Shown here: positions 51,655 through 62,507 of the stretch, one piece after another | Layout: the number at the start of each line of letters is the position of its first letter | Numbering within the stretch: the stretch's first letter is position 1 | Source: Acidimicrobiia bacterium | GTDB lineage: Bacteria; Acidobacteriota; Vicinamibacteria; Vicinamibacterales; SCN-69-37 | Length of the DNA: 64,000 nt | Assembly: GCA_045862915.1 (NCBI GenBank) | Contig: BTVE01000005.1 | Span: 21,970 to 85,969 of the forward strand | Direction of reading: 5' to 3' | Program-made: the position numbers and the translations under genes | The notes under the pieces: generated by a model | What the model saw: the letters and a program-made list of their open reading frames with translations, nothing else | Told to the model about the DNA's origin: nothing | The model's database searches: none

Positions 51655-52242
51655 TCAGGCTTCGGCAGCCGGGACGGGTTCGCCCAGCGCGCGTGCCGTG
51701 GCCGCGAGGATGCGCGGCAGGCGGAACGGCTTGGTCAGATACCCGGCGACGCCGAGGTTGATGGCTTCGATGGCGCTGGCTTCCGTCGAGTAGCCGGTGA
51801 TGATGATGACCGGCAGGTCGGGAGCCGCGCGCCTGGCTTCGCGAATCACCGACAGCCCGTCCATGCCGGGCATCTTGAGGTCGGTAATCAGCAGGTCGTA
51901 CTCCACCGCACGGAGCCGGTCGATGGCCGAAGCACCGTCCGCAGCGGAATCGACGTCGTAGTCGGCCATGGTGAGGGTCTTGGCCAGCAGGTCACGCACT
52001 GCCTGCTCATCGTCAACCACGAGAATGCGGGGGCGGTCGCCGGGGCGGTCCTTGTCGTTGCCGCGGCCGCTCTGACGGCTGGAATCCAGCCAGGCGTCGA
52101 TGTCGCGCTTGCGGAATCGCCACTGGCGCCCGACCCGAACGGCCGGAATCTTGCCTGCCTTGATGAGGCGGTAGACGGTCCGCAGGTTGACCTGGAGGTA
52201 GTCGAGTACCTCTTCGGTGGTCAGAAAGTGGTCGTCCGACAT
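51655..52242 (-). CDS. Excisionase-like HTH plus receiver-domain response regulator
   Basis: LTTEEVLDYL..TVYRL..GRQWRF; VVDDE, DLKMPG, KPF. Confidence 0.9.
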   Translation of the reverse strand: MSDDHFLTTEEVLDYLQVNLRTVYRLIKAGKIPAVRVGRQWRFRKRDIDAWLDSSRQSGRGNDKDRPGDRPRILVVDDEQAVRDLLAKTLTMADYDVDSAADGASAIDRLRAVEYDLLITDLKMPGMDGLSVIREARRAAPDLPVIIITGYSTEASAIEAINLGVAGYLTKPFRLPRILAATARALGEPVPAAEA

Positions 52243-52391
52243 GACGTGCCCGAAAGTCTAGCATTCATGCGACGTTGGCGAAACCAGACCCGGTCCGGGG
52301 CCTCGGCTACACTGTGTTCAGATTCGTACAGACTGCCGGTCCCGGTCCGCCGTCCAAAGAGGTGACTACAACGGCAAGGGCCCCTGCACCC

Positions 52392-53000
52392 ATGACGTCA
52401 GACGAAGAACTGGTCGCGCGAGCGACCGCTGGAGATCAAGAGGCGTTCACTCAGCTGGTCAAGCGCTGGGAGCGGCCGATTTTTGCCCTGGCCTACCGCA
52501 CCCTGGGCCGGGAAGAGGAAGCACGCGATGTCGTGCAGGACGCCTTCATGCGGGCGTACCGGGGGCTGAAGGGGTTCAAGGGCGAGGCGAAGTTTTCGTC
52601 GTGGCTCTACCGGATCACCCTCAACCTGTGTCGCGACTGGGTGCGCAAGGAGCGCCGGGCGCCGCTGGCGCAGGTGCCCGAGGGGAAGGACGCGGTCGAC
52701 CTTGCCGATGAGCAGGCGGCGCCGACCGAGTCGGTTGAAGAGCTGGTCGCCCGGCGCGAAATGTCGGCGGCTGTGCAGCTGGCGATGGCCGAACTGCCCG
52801 AGGAGCAGCGGACGGCCATCATGTTGAAGGAGTACCACGGGCTCACGTTCCAGGAGATTGCCGAGCAGCTCGGTTGTCCGCTCAGCACCGTCAAGACCCG
52901 GCTGTATCAGGGCTTGTCCGTGCTCAGGCGTCGACTCGAGCGGCAGCAGGCGGAGGTTGCCAGCCTTCGCCGGGCGTCCTGGGAGAGCTCATCGGGTTGA
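52392..53000 (+). CDS. ECF sigma-70 factor
   Basis: SDEELV, DVVQDAF, FSSWLYRI, TFQEIA, TVKTRL. Confidence 0.92.
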   Translation: MTSDEELVARATAGDQEAFTQLVKRWERPIFALAYRTLGREEEARDVVQDAFMRAYRGLKGFKGEAKFSSWLYRITLNLCRDWVRKERRAPLAQVPEGKDAVDLADEQAAPTESVEELVARREMSAAVQLAMAELPEEQRTAIMLKEYHGLTFQEIAEQLGCPLSTVKTRLYQGLSVLRRRLERQQAEVASLRRASWESSSG

Positions 53001-53067
53001 CTCAGGCATTCCAACGGAGAGCAGACACCATCGCGACGCCCACGCGCGACGGAGGACTGAACAGACC

Positions 53068-53751
53068 ATGTGCGATCAACGTGAACGATTGATGGATTAC
53101 CTCTACGACGAGGCGGCGCCCAGCGAGCGCCGGCTGGTCGAGGCTCATCTGGAAACGTGTGACGACTGCCGCGATGAAATTCGCGCGTTCCGTCGTGTGC
53201 GCGAAGACCTGCTGGCCTGGGATGTTCCCGACACCCCGTCGGTCTGGACACCCTTTGTGACCACGACGCCCGCGCCGTGGTACCGGCAGGTGCCCGCGTG
53301 GGCCCTGACCGCTGCGGCCGGCATCATGTTCGCGGTCGGGCTGGCCGGCGGGATGTTCGCCCACACTCTGGCGCCCGCTACGGCTCAACCCGCCATCATC
53401 GTCCAGGCCAATCCGGCCGTGCCGCCGCCGCCGGCGGTGGCGGCGGTGCCCCGCGAACTGCCGCCCATGCCGGTCTCTCTGCGAGAGGATGACGTCCTCT
53501 CGCTCGTGCAGGGCGAGATCGATCGCCTCTCGCGCCAGCAGGGTGACTCGCGGCGGGGGGAGACCGAGGCACTTGTCGCCAGCGCCGCCCAGGCACAGTG
53601 GGCGCGCGTCTATGACTATATGAAGGCCGTAGCCAGCGAGCGGGAACTCGAGCGCAAGGATTACGACACGCGCATCAGCAATCTGCAGCTGCAGCTTGAC
53701 CGCCTCAACGGCTTGCTTCTGCAACAGCAGCAGTTCAAGGGGAATCAGTAA
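53068..53751 (+). CDS. Zinc-finger (ZAS) anti-sigma factor with TM helix
   Basis: HLETCDDC motif, one TM segment, directly downstream of the ECF gene. Confidence 0.85.
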   Translation: MCDQRERLMDYLYDEAAPSERRLVEAHLETCDDCRDEIRAFRRVREDLLAWDVPDTPSVWTPFVTTTPAPWYRQVPAWALTAAAGIMFAVGLAGGMFAHTLAPATAQPAIIVQANPAVPPPPAVAAVPRELPPMPVSLREDDVLSLVQGEIDRLSRQQGDSRRGETEALVASAAQAQWARVYDYMKAVASERELERKDYDTRISNLQLQLDRLNGLLLQQQQFKGNQ

Positions 53752-54482
53752 TGGTCCGTCGAGACAGAGCACGTGTCGTTGTGGCCGGGTTGCTCGTGGC
53801 CTCTGCTACGACGCTGGCCGCGCAGCAGACGCGCAGCGAGAGGATGACCGCCGAGGCGCAGATCCAGGAGCGCCGTTTCCAGTTCCAGCTCATGGAAAGT
53901 GTGCTGGTCAACGCCGTGCGGCAGGGCGCCAGCGAAACGGTAATGCGCGCGCAGATGACCATGCCCATCGGCACGCTGCTCGTGGGAGAACCCAAGGCGA
54001 AGGGGTTCCCGCTGGACGGCTACGGGGTGTTGTTTGATGTGGAGATTCCCATCATCCTCGAGAGCCAGGTGTTGCTCAGTCAGTTGACGCCGACCGCGCC
54101 GCCACCTCCGGCAGGTCCAGGCAATCGCCCGGTGTCGGGTTCCGGCACGGCCACGCGCGCTTCGGGTGTGGTGCCCGACGATCCGACGGCCATGTCTCCC
54201 GTGGTTGAAGACCCGTTTCTGCGCGACCCGAATGCGTTTTATCGCAGCGTCGTGCGCGAACGTCTCGTGGACGTGATGCTCGAGTATTCGCGCCAGCTGG
54301 CCGTGCCTGACGATGAGTGGTTGTCGGTGGTGGCGCGCAGCGAAGACGATCCCTCGCGCCGATTGCAGAACGACTCCCGCACGATGATCCTCCGCATCAA
54401 GGGCTCGGACCTGGCGGCGATGTATGCCGGCCGGATCTCGCGTGATGAGGCGAAGAAGCGGGTCGTTGAATCACAGTTCTGA
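53751..54482 (+). CDS. Exported hypothetical protein in the ECF operon
   Basis: Signal peptide; TAATG coupling. Confidence 0.7.
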   Translation: MVRRDRARVVVAGLLVASATTLAAQQTRSERMTAEAQIQERRFQFQLMESVLVNAVRQGASETVMRAQMTMPIGTLLVGEPKAKGFPLDGYGVLFDVEIPIILESQVLLSQLTPTAPPPPAGPGNRPVSGSGTATRASGVVPDDPTAMSPVVEDPFLRDPNAFYRSVVRERLVDVMLEYSRQLAVPDDEWLSVVARSEDDPSRRLQNDSRTMILRIKGSDLAAMYAGRISRDEAKKRVVESQF

Positions 54483-54499
54483 TCTACAATCGCCGGGGA

Positions 54500-55030
54500 A
54501 TGTTCCATCGCCATCTGACACGTACCTTTCTGGCGCTGGCCGTGTGTGCGCCGCTGGTCGCGGTCTCCGGCTGCAACTCCGTTGATCTGAAGACGGCCGT
54601 CGAGGTGACCGATGTCTCGTCCGGCTATCACGATGCCGGCGTGACGGACCTGGGCGACAACAAGCTGGTGCCGAGCTTTACGTTCCGCCTCAAGAACGTC
54701 TCGACCGACGCCCTCAGTTCCGTCGAAGTCATCACGTACTTCTGGGGCGAAAAAGACGGGCGCCCGCTTGAGCTCGACGAAATCATCATCACCGGAATTT
54801 CCTCGGACGGTCTGGCGCCAGGCGCGTCGACCGAGCCCCTGGTGGTCCGGTCCAAGCAGGGGTTCACGTTGCAGCAGCAGGCGCGCAGCGAACTGTTCAA
54901 TCATTCGATGTTCCGCGACGTGACGGTCAAGCTCCTTCTCAAGCGTGGTGGCCGCCTCGTGCCCGCTGGTGAATTCACGATTGAACGCCGGCTCCTGCTG
55001 GCTGCGCCCTCGGGCACGTCCGCCCAGTGA
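54500..55030 (+). CDS. Hypothetical lipoprotein
   Basis: VSGC lipobox. Confidence 0.7.
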   Translation: MFHRHLTRTFLALAVCAPLVAVSGCNSVDLKTAVEVTDVSSGYHDAGVTDLGDNKLVPSFTFRLKNVSTDALSSVEVITYFWGEKDGRPLELDEIIITGISSDGLAPGASTEPLVVRSKQGFTLQQQARSELFNHSMFRDVTVKLLLKRGGRLVPAGEFTIERRLLLAAPSGTSAQ

Positions 55031-56415
55031 CGACCTCCTCGCAGGCGTCGCACGCCACGTCTCCCACCCTTGAGCGGCGGCTCGGTCCTCTGGACGCCGC
55101 CGCCATCATCGTCTCCAACGTCATCGGCGGCGGCATCTTTTTCGTGCCGATCCTCGTGGCCGGGCTCGTGCCGACTGCCAGTGCGATGCTCGGCGTGTGG
55201 GTGCTGGGCGGCGCGCTCGTCTTTGCCGGTGCGCTGGCCTATGCCGAACTGGCGGCGCTGCGTCCGCGGTCGGGCGGCGAATACGTGTATCTGCGGGATG
55301 CCTTCGGGCCGCTCGCGGCCTTTCTGTCCGGATGGACGTCGTTTGTCGCGGGGTTCTCCGGCGCGATCGCGGCCTCGGCCCTGTTCCTGGCCGACGCCAT
55401 CGGCCGGTTCGTGCCTGCGGCCGCTGATCACACGCCGCTCCTGACCATCCCGCTGCCGCTCGTGCCGATGGTGATCACCCGGCAGACCGTGGTGGCGCTG
55501 GCAGCAATCGCGTTGCTCTCGTTCATTCACATGCGGGGGCTCGGGCCGGGCCGGCTCGTGCACAACGTGCTCGCGGGCCTCAAGGTCTCGGGCATCCTCA
55601 TCTTCATCGCCCTCGGCCTGGCACTGGGATCAGGTTCGTGGGGCCATCTGTCGACGAGCCACGAAGTGACCGCACCAGCGACGGGCTGGCTGCTCGCGTT
55701 GATTCCGATCATGTTCAGCTATTCGGGCTGGAACGCCGCTGCCTATGTGGCGGAGGAGATTCGGGATCCCGGCCGCAATGTGCCGGTGGCTCTCGCCCTT
55801 GGCACTGCCGCCGTGGTCGCGATCTACGTCGCGCTCAATGCGCTCTATCTCTATGCCATGCCGCTGGCGGACCTCGCCGTGGTGGGCGACGGCCGGCTGA
55901 TGGACACCGTGGCAGAACGCCTGTTCGGCTTTGTCGCCGGCAACGTGCTGCAGATCTTCACCATCATCAGTGTCGCCGCCAGCATCAGTGCAATGGTCTT
56001 TGCCGGTCCGCGCGTGTACTTCGCGATGGCGCGCGATGGCGCGTTTGTGTCGTCGGTCGGCGAGGTACACCCCCGCTACCGGACGCCGGCCCGTGCCATC
56101 TGGGCGCAGGCGGCCTGGAGCGCCGTGCTGGTGTTGTCCTCGACCTTGTCGGGGCTGGTCAACTACACGGGCTTTGCAATCGTGTTGTTTTCGGGTGTTG
56201 CCGTGGCGGCGTTGTTCGTGCTGCGCATGCGGGAGCCACAATCCGAGCGTCCCTTCAGCGCGTGGGGTTACCCGTGGGCGCCCGGGCTGTTCGTGCTGGC
56301 CTCGGCCGCGATGTTGCTGCACCGTCTGGTCACCGAGCCGCAGCAGACGTTGTACGGCCTGATCATCATTGCGCTTGGCGCGCCGCTCTACTTCTGGTTT
56401 TCTCGCAGCCGCTGA
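55027..56415 (+). CDS. APC-family amino acid permease
   Basis: VIGGGIF, YAELA..P.SGGEY, YSGW, EEIRDP. Confidence 0.9.
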   Translation: MTTSSQASHATSPTLERRLGPLDAAAIIVSNVIGGGIFFVPILVAGLVPTASAMLGVWVLGGALVFAGALAYAELAALRPRSGGEYVYLRDAFGPLAAFLSGWTSFVAGFSGAIAASALFLADAIGRFVPAAADHTPLLTIPLPLVPMVITRQTVVALAAIALLSFIHMRGLGPGRLVHNVLAGLKVSGILIFIALGLALGSGSWGHLSTSHEVTAPATGWLLALIPIMFSYSGWNAAAYVAEEIRDPGRNVPVALALGTAAVVAIYVALNALYLYAMPLADLAVVGDGRLMDTVAERLFGFVAGNVLQIFTIISVAASISAMVFAGPRVYFAMARDGAFVSSVGEVHPRYRTPARAIWAQAAWSAVLVLSSTLSGLVNYTGFAIVLFSGVAVAALFVLRMREPQSERPFSAWGYPWAPGLFVLASAAMLLHRLVTEPQQTLYGLIIIALGAPLYFWFSRSR

Positions 56416-56437
56416 GTCGGTCGCCTCGCCGCGCCAG

Positions 56438-56809
56438 TCACCGTTTCAACAGCACGGCCAGCGTCACCAGCGCCAACGTCCCATCGCTGGCGGCGAACAC
56501 CAGGTAGGAGGCCGGCGCACCGGCCAGGTGTTCAAGCACAAACACCAACGCGCCCGCACCCTTGAGGACGGGGCCAAAAATCCACATGTATGTGCGATGG
56601 GTGTCCGGCGCCTTCCACGGTGCGATGTACCCGAGGCCCACACACACCAGCAGGAGGCCGGTGATCGTCACAAAGGTGCGCGGCTCGGGCACCACCATCC
56701 CGAACAGGGCAGCAAAACTATCGGCCGCCGCGAGCAATGCCAGACCCAGAGTCAGGTCATAGGCACAGGAGATGCCCGCGACGACCGATACCTGCCGCGA
56801 CTGGCTCAC
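56438..56809 (-). CDS. Small four-TM membrane protein
   Basis: Hydrophobic segments; GTGA overlap with the upstream gene. Confidence 0.65.
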   Translation of the reverse strand: MSQSRQVSVVAGISCAYDLTLGLALLAAADSFAALFGMVVPEPRTFVTITGLLLVCVGLGYIAPWKAPDTHRTYMWIFGPVLKGAGALVFVLEHLAGAPASYLVFAASDGTLALVTLAVLLKR

Positions 56810-57789
56810 TTGATCTTCTTGAGCGAGCCGCGGACTGTCACTGTCTTGCCGGCCTCGAGCACGACGTCCGGCACAAAGGTCTCGTACCCCTCGGCCTTCA
56901 CTTCGATCCTGTGGTCCTCTCCGGCCGTGACCTTGAGGTGATCGGTCAGGCCGTCAAAGTCATCAACCGTGCCCACCAGGGCGCCATCGACGTACACCTT
57001 CGCTGAGGACGGGGACAGGCGCAGCCGGATCGATGCCATCGGCACGCTGCTGTCGGTATCGTCGCTGCTCGACCCGCCATACGACGACGTGGCGGCGCCG
57101 CCCCACGGGTCACACAGCCAGTATCCGACGCCGTAACACCACGGGTCGTACGGGTTGTACCAGGAGCCATATCGATACAGCGAATAACGGGACGCGCCGT
57201 ACCTCCACGGATCAAACGACACGTAGCCGTATCCAAAACCGCCGTAGTACCACGGGTACCAGCGGCCCCACGGACTGAACGGGTTGGAGGGGAAGTAGAG
57301 CTCGTAGTTCGGGCCGGTGTAGCCGAACGGCCGCTCGACGGCGGACCCTGACACCGGACGTCCGTCGCGGCTGCGTGAGCCGAGATAGGCACCAGTGCTC
57401 GAGCCGGCACCGGCCGTGCTGCCGGTGCGGGCCACGGCGGAGCCACTCCGGACGGTTCCGGGGCCTACGCCGCTGTCGCCACCAGACCGCGGTGTGCTGT
57501 CGCCCCCACGGGCGCTGCCGCTCCGCGTTGCGGTGGAGGAGGGGCGACGGGAATCCGAGGGGAACGACGGGAATGACATGCCGCCGCCGCTGCTGCCGCC
57601 ACTGCGCGTGGTGGCGTCGCCACCCCCGCTGCTGCCACTACCGCCGCCTGACGACCCGCCGGAACTGGAACCACCGGAGGACGAGCTGCCTCCATTGCGG
57701 GGAATGGCGGTTTGTGCGGCCGACAACGCAGGGACGGCAATCGCGGCGGCCACTGCCACAACGACGAGCGAGCGTGAATAACGACCCAT
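56806..57789 (-). CDS. Exported protein with Ser/Gly-rich and Tyr/Trp/Gly-rich regions and a C-terminal PEGA domain
   Basis: AGGAG RBS, signal peptide, AKVYVDGALVG..G.HRIEVKAEGYE. Confidence 0.8.
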   Translation of the reverse strand: MGRYSRSLVVVAVAAAIAVPALSAAQTAIPRNGGSSSSGGSSSGGSSGGGSGSSGGGDATTRSGGSSGGGMSFPSFPSDSRRPSSTATRSGSARGGDSTPRSGGDSGVGPGTVRSGSAVARTGSTAGAGSSTGAYLGSRSRDGRPVSGSAVERPFGYTGPNYELYFPSNPFSPWGRWYPWYYGGFGYGYVSFDPWRYGASRYSLYRYGSWYNPYDPWCYGVGYWLCDPWGGAATSSYGGSSSDDTDSSVPMASIRLRLSPSSAKVYVDGALVGTVDDFDGLTDHLKVTAGEDHRIEVKAEGYETFVPDVVLEAGKTVTVRGSLKKIK

Positions 57790-57864
57790 GACTTTTCTCC
57801 TTGCTGACTTCCGGAGGTGACGCCGGACAACGCCCTGGGCAGGCGACTCTCGCTGGCAGGTTAT

Positions 57865-57880
57865 TGCAACTATTTTGCCA
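57865..57880 (-). promoter_or_regulatory. Sigma-54 promoter of the PEGA gene
   Basis: TGGCAAAATAGTTGCA. Confidence 0.7.
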
Positions 57881-58011
57881 CATCCAGACATCCCGCCTGG
57901 ACGGCGGGTTCGGGTCGCGGCGCCCTCGCCTGTCGCCTTCCAGCGGCACCATCGACCTGCTCTGGTGACGCCCGCCGTTGCGCCAGTTTCGTATACGATG
58001 CCAACTTGGCC

Positions 58012-58545
58012 ATGTCGAGTACACACGCCACGACGGTGCTGGCCGTCAGACATCAGGGCAAGGTCGTCATGGCCAGTGACGGCCAGGTTACCCTCGGCCA
58101 GACGGTTGTCAAACATGGCGCGCGCAAGGTGCGCCGGCTCTACCAGGATCGCGTCCTTGCCGGCTTTGCCGGCTCTGCCTCGGACGGCTTCGCCCTCTAC
58201 GCGCGTTTTGAGGCCAAACTCGAGGCGCATCGCGGCAACCTCGAACGTGCCGCCGTCGAGCTCGCTCGCGAGTGGCGCACCGATCGCGCCCTTCGGCGCC
58301 TCGAGGCGATGCTGCTGGTGGCCGACCCCTCCGTGATGTACCTGCTGTCGGGCACCGGCGACGTCATCGAGCCCGACGATGGAATCATGGGGATTGGGTC
58401 GGGCGGGGCGTTTGCGATGGCCGCCGCGCGTGCGCTGGTGGCGCACTCGCCGCTCGCGCCTCGCGCCATCGTCGAACAGGCCATGGCCATTGCTGCCGAT
58501 CTCTGTATCTATACGAACACGCGACTGACGCTGGAAGAGATCTGA
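58012..58545 (+). CDS. hslV: ATP-dependent protease peptidase subunit
   Basis: TTVLAV, DGQVTLG, GFAGS, LRRLEA, GSGG, CIYTN. Confidence 0.95.
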   Translation: MSSTHATTVLAVRHQGKVVMASDGQVTLGQTVVKHGARKVRRLYQDRVLAGFAGSASDGFALYARFEAKLEAHRGNLERAAVELAREWRTDRALRRLEAMLLVADPSVMYLLSGTGDVIEPDDGIMGIGSGGAFAMAAARALVAHSPLAPRAIVEQAMAIAADLCIYTNTRLTLEEI

Positions 58546-59906
58546 TGAACAGCCTCACGCCACGCCAAATCGTGGCTGAACTCGACAAATACGTCGTCGG
58601 TCAGGCGAAGGCCAAACGCGCCGTCGCCATTGCCCTGCGCAACCGGTTCCGTCGCCAGCAGCTTCCGGCCGACATGGCCGATGATGTCGCGCCCAAGAAC
58701 ATCCTGATGATCGGGCCGACCGGAGTCGGCAAGACCGAAATTGCGCGGCGCCTGGCGCGCCTCGCGCAGTCGCCCTTTCTGAAGGTCGAGGCCTCGAAGT
58801 TCACCGAGGTGGGATACGTCGGGCGCGACGTTGAGTCGATGGTGCGCGACCTGGTCGAGATCGCGGTGAAGATGGTGCGCGAGGAGCGCGAGCAGGACGT
58901 GCGTGAACGCGCTGCTCAGGCTGCGGAGGAACGGATCCTCGATCTGCTGTTGCCTCCAACCGGGCCTGCCACGACCTCGAGTTTCGGCGCCGGGTCCACC
59001 GAGGCTGCGATGGCGCAGGACCACGCCACGTCCACGCGCGAAAAACTGCGTGAACAACTGCGCGCCGGCAAACTCGACACACGCGTCGTGGACCTGGACG
59101 TGCCTCAGAAGTCGATGCCGTCGCTCGAGGTGATCTCGGGATCGTCGGTCGAGGAAATCGGACTCAATCTGCGCGACATGTTGCCGGGCATGTTTCAGGG
59201 GCGGACGCGCCGGCGCTCCCTGCCCGTGCCGGAGGCGCGTGAGCACCTCATTCAGGAAGAGGCGCAGAAACTCATCGACATGGATACGGTGGCGCGTTCT
59301 GCCATCGATCGCGTCGAGAATTCCGGCATCGTGTTCCTCGACGAGATCGACAAGATCGCCAGTCAGGACGGCCAGCGCGGCCCCGACGTCAGTCGGGAAG
59401 GTGTGCAGCGCGACATCCTTCCGATCGTCGAAGGCACAACCGTCAACACCAAATACGGCATGGTCAAGACCGATCACGTGTTGTTCATCGCGGCCGGCGC
59501 GTTCCACGTCTCGAAGCCGTCAGACCTGATTCCAGAGCTGCAGGGGCGGTTCCCGATTCGTGTGGAACTGGAAGCGCTGGGTCGCGACGAGTTCGTGCGG
59601 ATTCTGACCGAGCCACGCAGCGCGTTGATCACGCAGTACATCTCGTTGATGAAGGTCGAGGGCGTTGATCTGGTGTTCACGCCGGAGGCGATTGCCCGCA
59701 TCGCCGAACTGGCGACGTACGTCAACGACCGCACCGAGAACATCGGCGCGCGGCGGCTGCACACCGTCATGGAGCGGTTGCTCGACGAAGTGTCATTCCA
59801 TGCGCCCGATCTGAACGGTCAAGCCATCACCGTGGATGCCGCGTACGTCGATCGCATGTTGTCGGACATCGCGCACAGCGATGACCTCTCGCGGTACATC
59901 CTGTGA
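58545..59906 (+). CDS. hslU: ATP-dependent protease ATPase subunit
   Basis: [31 protein letters not shown]. Confidence 0.96.
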   Translation: MNSLTPRQIVAELDKYVVGQAKAKRAVAIALRNRFRRQQLPADMADDVAPKNILMIGPTGVGKTEIARRLARLAQSPFLKVEASKFTEVGYVGRDVESMVRDLVEIAVKMVREEREQDVRERAAQAAEERILDLLLPPTGPATTSSFGAGSTEAAMAQDHATSTREKLREQLRAGKLDTRVVDLDVPQKSMPSLEVISGSSVEEIGLNLRDMLPGMFQGRTRRRSLPVPEAREHLIQEEAQKLIDMDTVARSAIDRVENSGIVFLDEIDKIASQDGQRGPDVSREGVQRDILPIVEGTTVNTKYGMVKTDHVLFIAAGAFHVSKPSDLIPELQGRFPIRVELEALGRDEFVRILTEPRSALITQYISLMKVEGVDLVFTPEAIARIAELATYVNDRTENIGARRLHTVMERLLDEVSFHAPDLNGQAITVDAAYVDRMLSDIAHSDDLSRYIL

Positions 59907-61084
59907 ACGGGCAGCGTCAGGCGGTCACCGCCGTCCTCCTCGTGGCGCTGGGTGCCATCGGCTGCGGCAAGAAAGGGCCGCCGTTGCCGCCGCTGCGGGC
60001 GTTGCCTGTGGCGCCAACAGAACTGGCGGGACGGATTGTCGGCGACCGCGTCCAGCTGCGCGTGATGGTCCCGCAGGCCAGCCAGGATCCTGATGCACCG
60101 GTGTCGGTGGCGCGCATCGATGTGTATGCGTGGTACTCGCCGTCGGGCGAGCCGCCGCCGGCCGCCGCTGACCTGATCGACCGCGACTTTCTCGTCGGCA
60201 GCATCGACGTCCGGCCTCCTGTGGATCCCGACGCGCCTCCCGTGGAGCAGCCTGTGGACGATCCTCGTCCGTCCCCGGGTGACATCGCGACCTGGTCTGA
60301 GACGTTGCCGCCATCACTTGCCGCCAGCCCGCGGCCGGGCCGCCGCATCGTGACACCGCCGCAACGCATCCTGCCGGTGGTGCTGCCGCCGGCCGGTCCG
60401 ATTCTGCCGATGCCGGCGATGTCGCTGCCGACGCGGTACTACGTCGCCGTTGGTGTGTCGGCACGCGGCCGCAACGGGCTGCCGTCCACCGTGTTGCCCG
60501 TGCGCCTGGGTGTCGCACCCGCGCCACCGGCCGACCCGGTGCTGACCTCGTCCGAGCAGTCGCTGACGTTGACATGGACGGCTCCAGCCGGCACTGCCGT
60601 GTCGGTGTATGCCAGCACGCCGGCCGGCGTTGAAGAGCCGCGACCCGTACAACCCACACCCTTCACGACCGGCACGTGGTCGGCGCCTGTCGTCTTTGGT
60701 CAGCAACGTTGCTTCACGGTCCGCTCGGTCGTCACGCAGGGCAACGTCTCGTACGAAAGTGCCCCGGTCGGGCCGGCGTGTGCCACGCCGCTCGATGTCT
60801 ATCCGCCTGCTGCGCCCGGTACACCTCTCGGCGTGGTCGAAGAAGGGCGCATCGTGATCGATTGGCCGGCAGCAGCGGCCACGGATCTCGCCGGATATCA
60901 CGTCTTGCGTGGTGAGGGACCCGGTGCGACACTGCAGCAGCTGACGCAGACGCCGGTGCAGGGCACGCAGTATGTCGATCGCACCACACGGCCGGGCGTG
61001 CAATACGTGTACGTCGTCGTGGCCGTGGACGCCGCCGGCAACGTCAGCCCACAATCGCCGCAGCTCATCCTGACCGGCAGGTAG
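59903..61084 (+). CDS. Pro-rich lipoprotein with fibronectin type III-like domains
   Basis: [12 protein letters not shown] lipobox; [20 protein letters not shown]. Confidence 0.75.
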   Translation: MNGQRQAVTAVLLVALGAIGCGKKGPPLPPLRALPVAPTELAGRIVGDRVQLRVMVPQASQDPDAPVSVARIDVYAWYSPSGEPPPAAADLIDRDFLVGSIDVRPPVDPDAPPVEQPVDDPRPSPGDIATWSETLPPSLAASPRPGRRIVTPPQRILPVVLPPAGPILPMPAMSLPTRYYVAVGVSARGRNGLPSTVLPVRLGVAPAPPADPVLTSSEQSLTLTWTAPAGTAVSVYASTPAGVEEPRPVQPTPFTTGTWSAPVVFGQQRCFTVRSVVTQGNVSYESAPVGPACATPLDVYPPAAPGTPLGVVEEGRIVIDWPAAAATDLAGYHVLRGEGPGATLQQLTQTPVQGTQYVDRTTRPGVQYVYVVVAVDAAGNVSPQSPQLILTGR

Positions 61085-61098
61085 GCGCAGAGAGAGTT

Positions 61099-61857
61099 AT
61101 GACACGACTGTATCGAATCGCACATGAGGGCGGCGTCCGCTACGCCGCGGAACGTGAAGGCACGTGGCGTCTGGTTGAGGGCGACATCTTCGGCGAGTGG
61201 GCGATGGGAACCGAGATCGCCTCCGAGGGCCACCAGGTGCTCGCGCCGGTGCTGCCGTCGAAGATTGTCTGCGTCGGCCTCAACTACAAGGACCATGCAG
61301 CCGAGCAGAACAAGCCGCTGCCGGCAGAACCCCTCCTGTTCATCAAGCCCTCGACGACGGTCGTGGGGCCGGGCGAGGCGATTCAGGCGCCGGACTGGGT
61401 CGGACGCGTCGATCACGAAGCCGAACTTGGCATCGTGATCGGGAAGCGCGCGCATCGTGTGCCGCTGGACCGCACCGCCGACTACATTCTCGGACTCACC
61501 GCGGTGAACGACGTCACGGCGCGGGACCTGCAGAACAAGGACGGCCAGTACACTCGCTGCAAGGGCTTTGATACCTTCGGCCCCATCGGTCCGTGCATTG
61601 CGACCGGCCTGGATGGCCGCGACCTGGCGGTCCGTGCGTACGTGAACGGGCATCTGCGGCAGGATTCGCGCACACGCGAACTCATCTTCACGATCCCGGA
61701 ACTGGTGGCCTACATCACGTCGATCATGACGCTGCTGCCGGGCGATATCATCTCCACCGGCACGCCGTCGGGCATCGGCCCGATCGTGCCCGGCGACAGC
61801 GTAACCGTGTCAGTCGAAGGCGTTGGCGCCTTGACCAATCCCGTGGTGCAGCAATGA
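61099..61857 (+). CDS. Fumarylacetoacetate hydrolase family protein
   Basis: [32 protein letters not shown]. Confidence 0.9.
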   Translation: MTRLYRIAHEGGVRYAAEREGTWRLVEGDIFGEWAMGTEIASEGHQVLAPVLPSKIVCVGLNYKDHAAEQNKPLPAEPLLFIKPSTTVVGPGEAIQAPDWVGRVDHEAELGIVIGKRAHRVPLDRTADYILGLTAVNDVTARDLQNKDGQYTRCKGFDTFGPIGPCIATGLDGRDLAVRAYVNGHLRQDSRTRELIFTIPELVAYITSIMTLLPGDIISTGTPSGIGPIVPGDSVTVSVEGVGALTNPVVQQ

Positions 61858-62507
61858 AGATTTTTCTCGATACCGGCAACCTCAACGAAATCTCCACCCT
61901 CCTTCCGCTCGGCATCGTCGACGGCGTGACCACCAACCCGTCGCTGATGGCCAAGGAAGGCGGCGATCCGCGCGCCATCATCAAGGCCATTTGTGACGCA
62001 GTCCAGGGGCCCGTCAGCGCGGAAGTCGTCGCGACCGACTGGGAAGGCATGGTGCGTGAAGGACGCGAACTGGCGTCGATCGACAGACACGTCGTGGTGA
62101 AGGTGCCCTTCACGCGTGACGGCGTGCGCGCGACGAAGATCCTTGCTGACGAGGGCGTGCGGGTGAATGTCACCCTGATCTTCAGCCCGACACAGGCGCT
62201 GATTGCGGCCAAGGTCGGCGCGGCGTACGTCAGTCCGTTCGTGGGCCGGCTCGACGACATTGCGTCGGACGGCATGGGGCTCATCCGGCAGATCGTCGAG
62301 GTCTTCGACAACTTCCCGTTCACGACGGAAGTGCTGGTCGCCTCGGTACGCGGACCGCAGCACATCGTCGAGGCGGCCCGCATGGGTGCGGACGTGTGCA
62401 CCTGCCCCGTCTCTGTTGTGGAGGCATGCTTCAAGCATCCGTTGACCGACATCGGCCTCGAGAAGTTCCTGGCCGACTGGAAGAAGTCGCAGGCGGGCAA
62501 GGCGTGA
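61854..62507 (+). CDS. Transaldolase / fructose-6-phosphate aldolase (short type)
   Basis: [29 protein letters not shown]. Confidence 0.92.
   Translation: MKIFLDTGNLNEISTLLPLGIVDGVTTNPSLMAKEGGDPRAIIKAICDAVQGPVSAEVVATDWEGMVREGRELASIDRHVVVKVPFTRDGVRATKILADEGVRVNVTLIFSPTQALIAAKVGAAYVSPFVGRLDDIASDGMGLIRQIVEVFDNFPFTTEVLVASVRGPQHIVEAARMGADVCTCPVSVVEACFKHPLTDIGLEKFLADWKKSQAGKA

Noticed and set aside
45940-52242. Prophage or integrative element (tyrosine recombinase plus excisionase-like HTH)
   Set aside because: The recombinase is XerC-like in trmFO context, the HTH is fused to a receiver domain, and no phage genes or att repeats were seen.
57854-57868. Plus-strand sigma-54 motif toward hslV (TGGCAGGTTATTGCA)
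   Set aside because: Spacing is GG-N9-GC, one base short.
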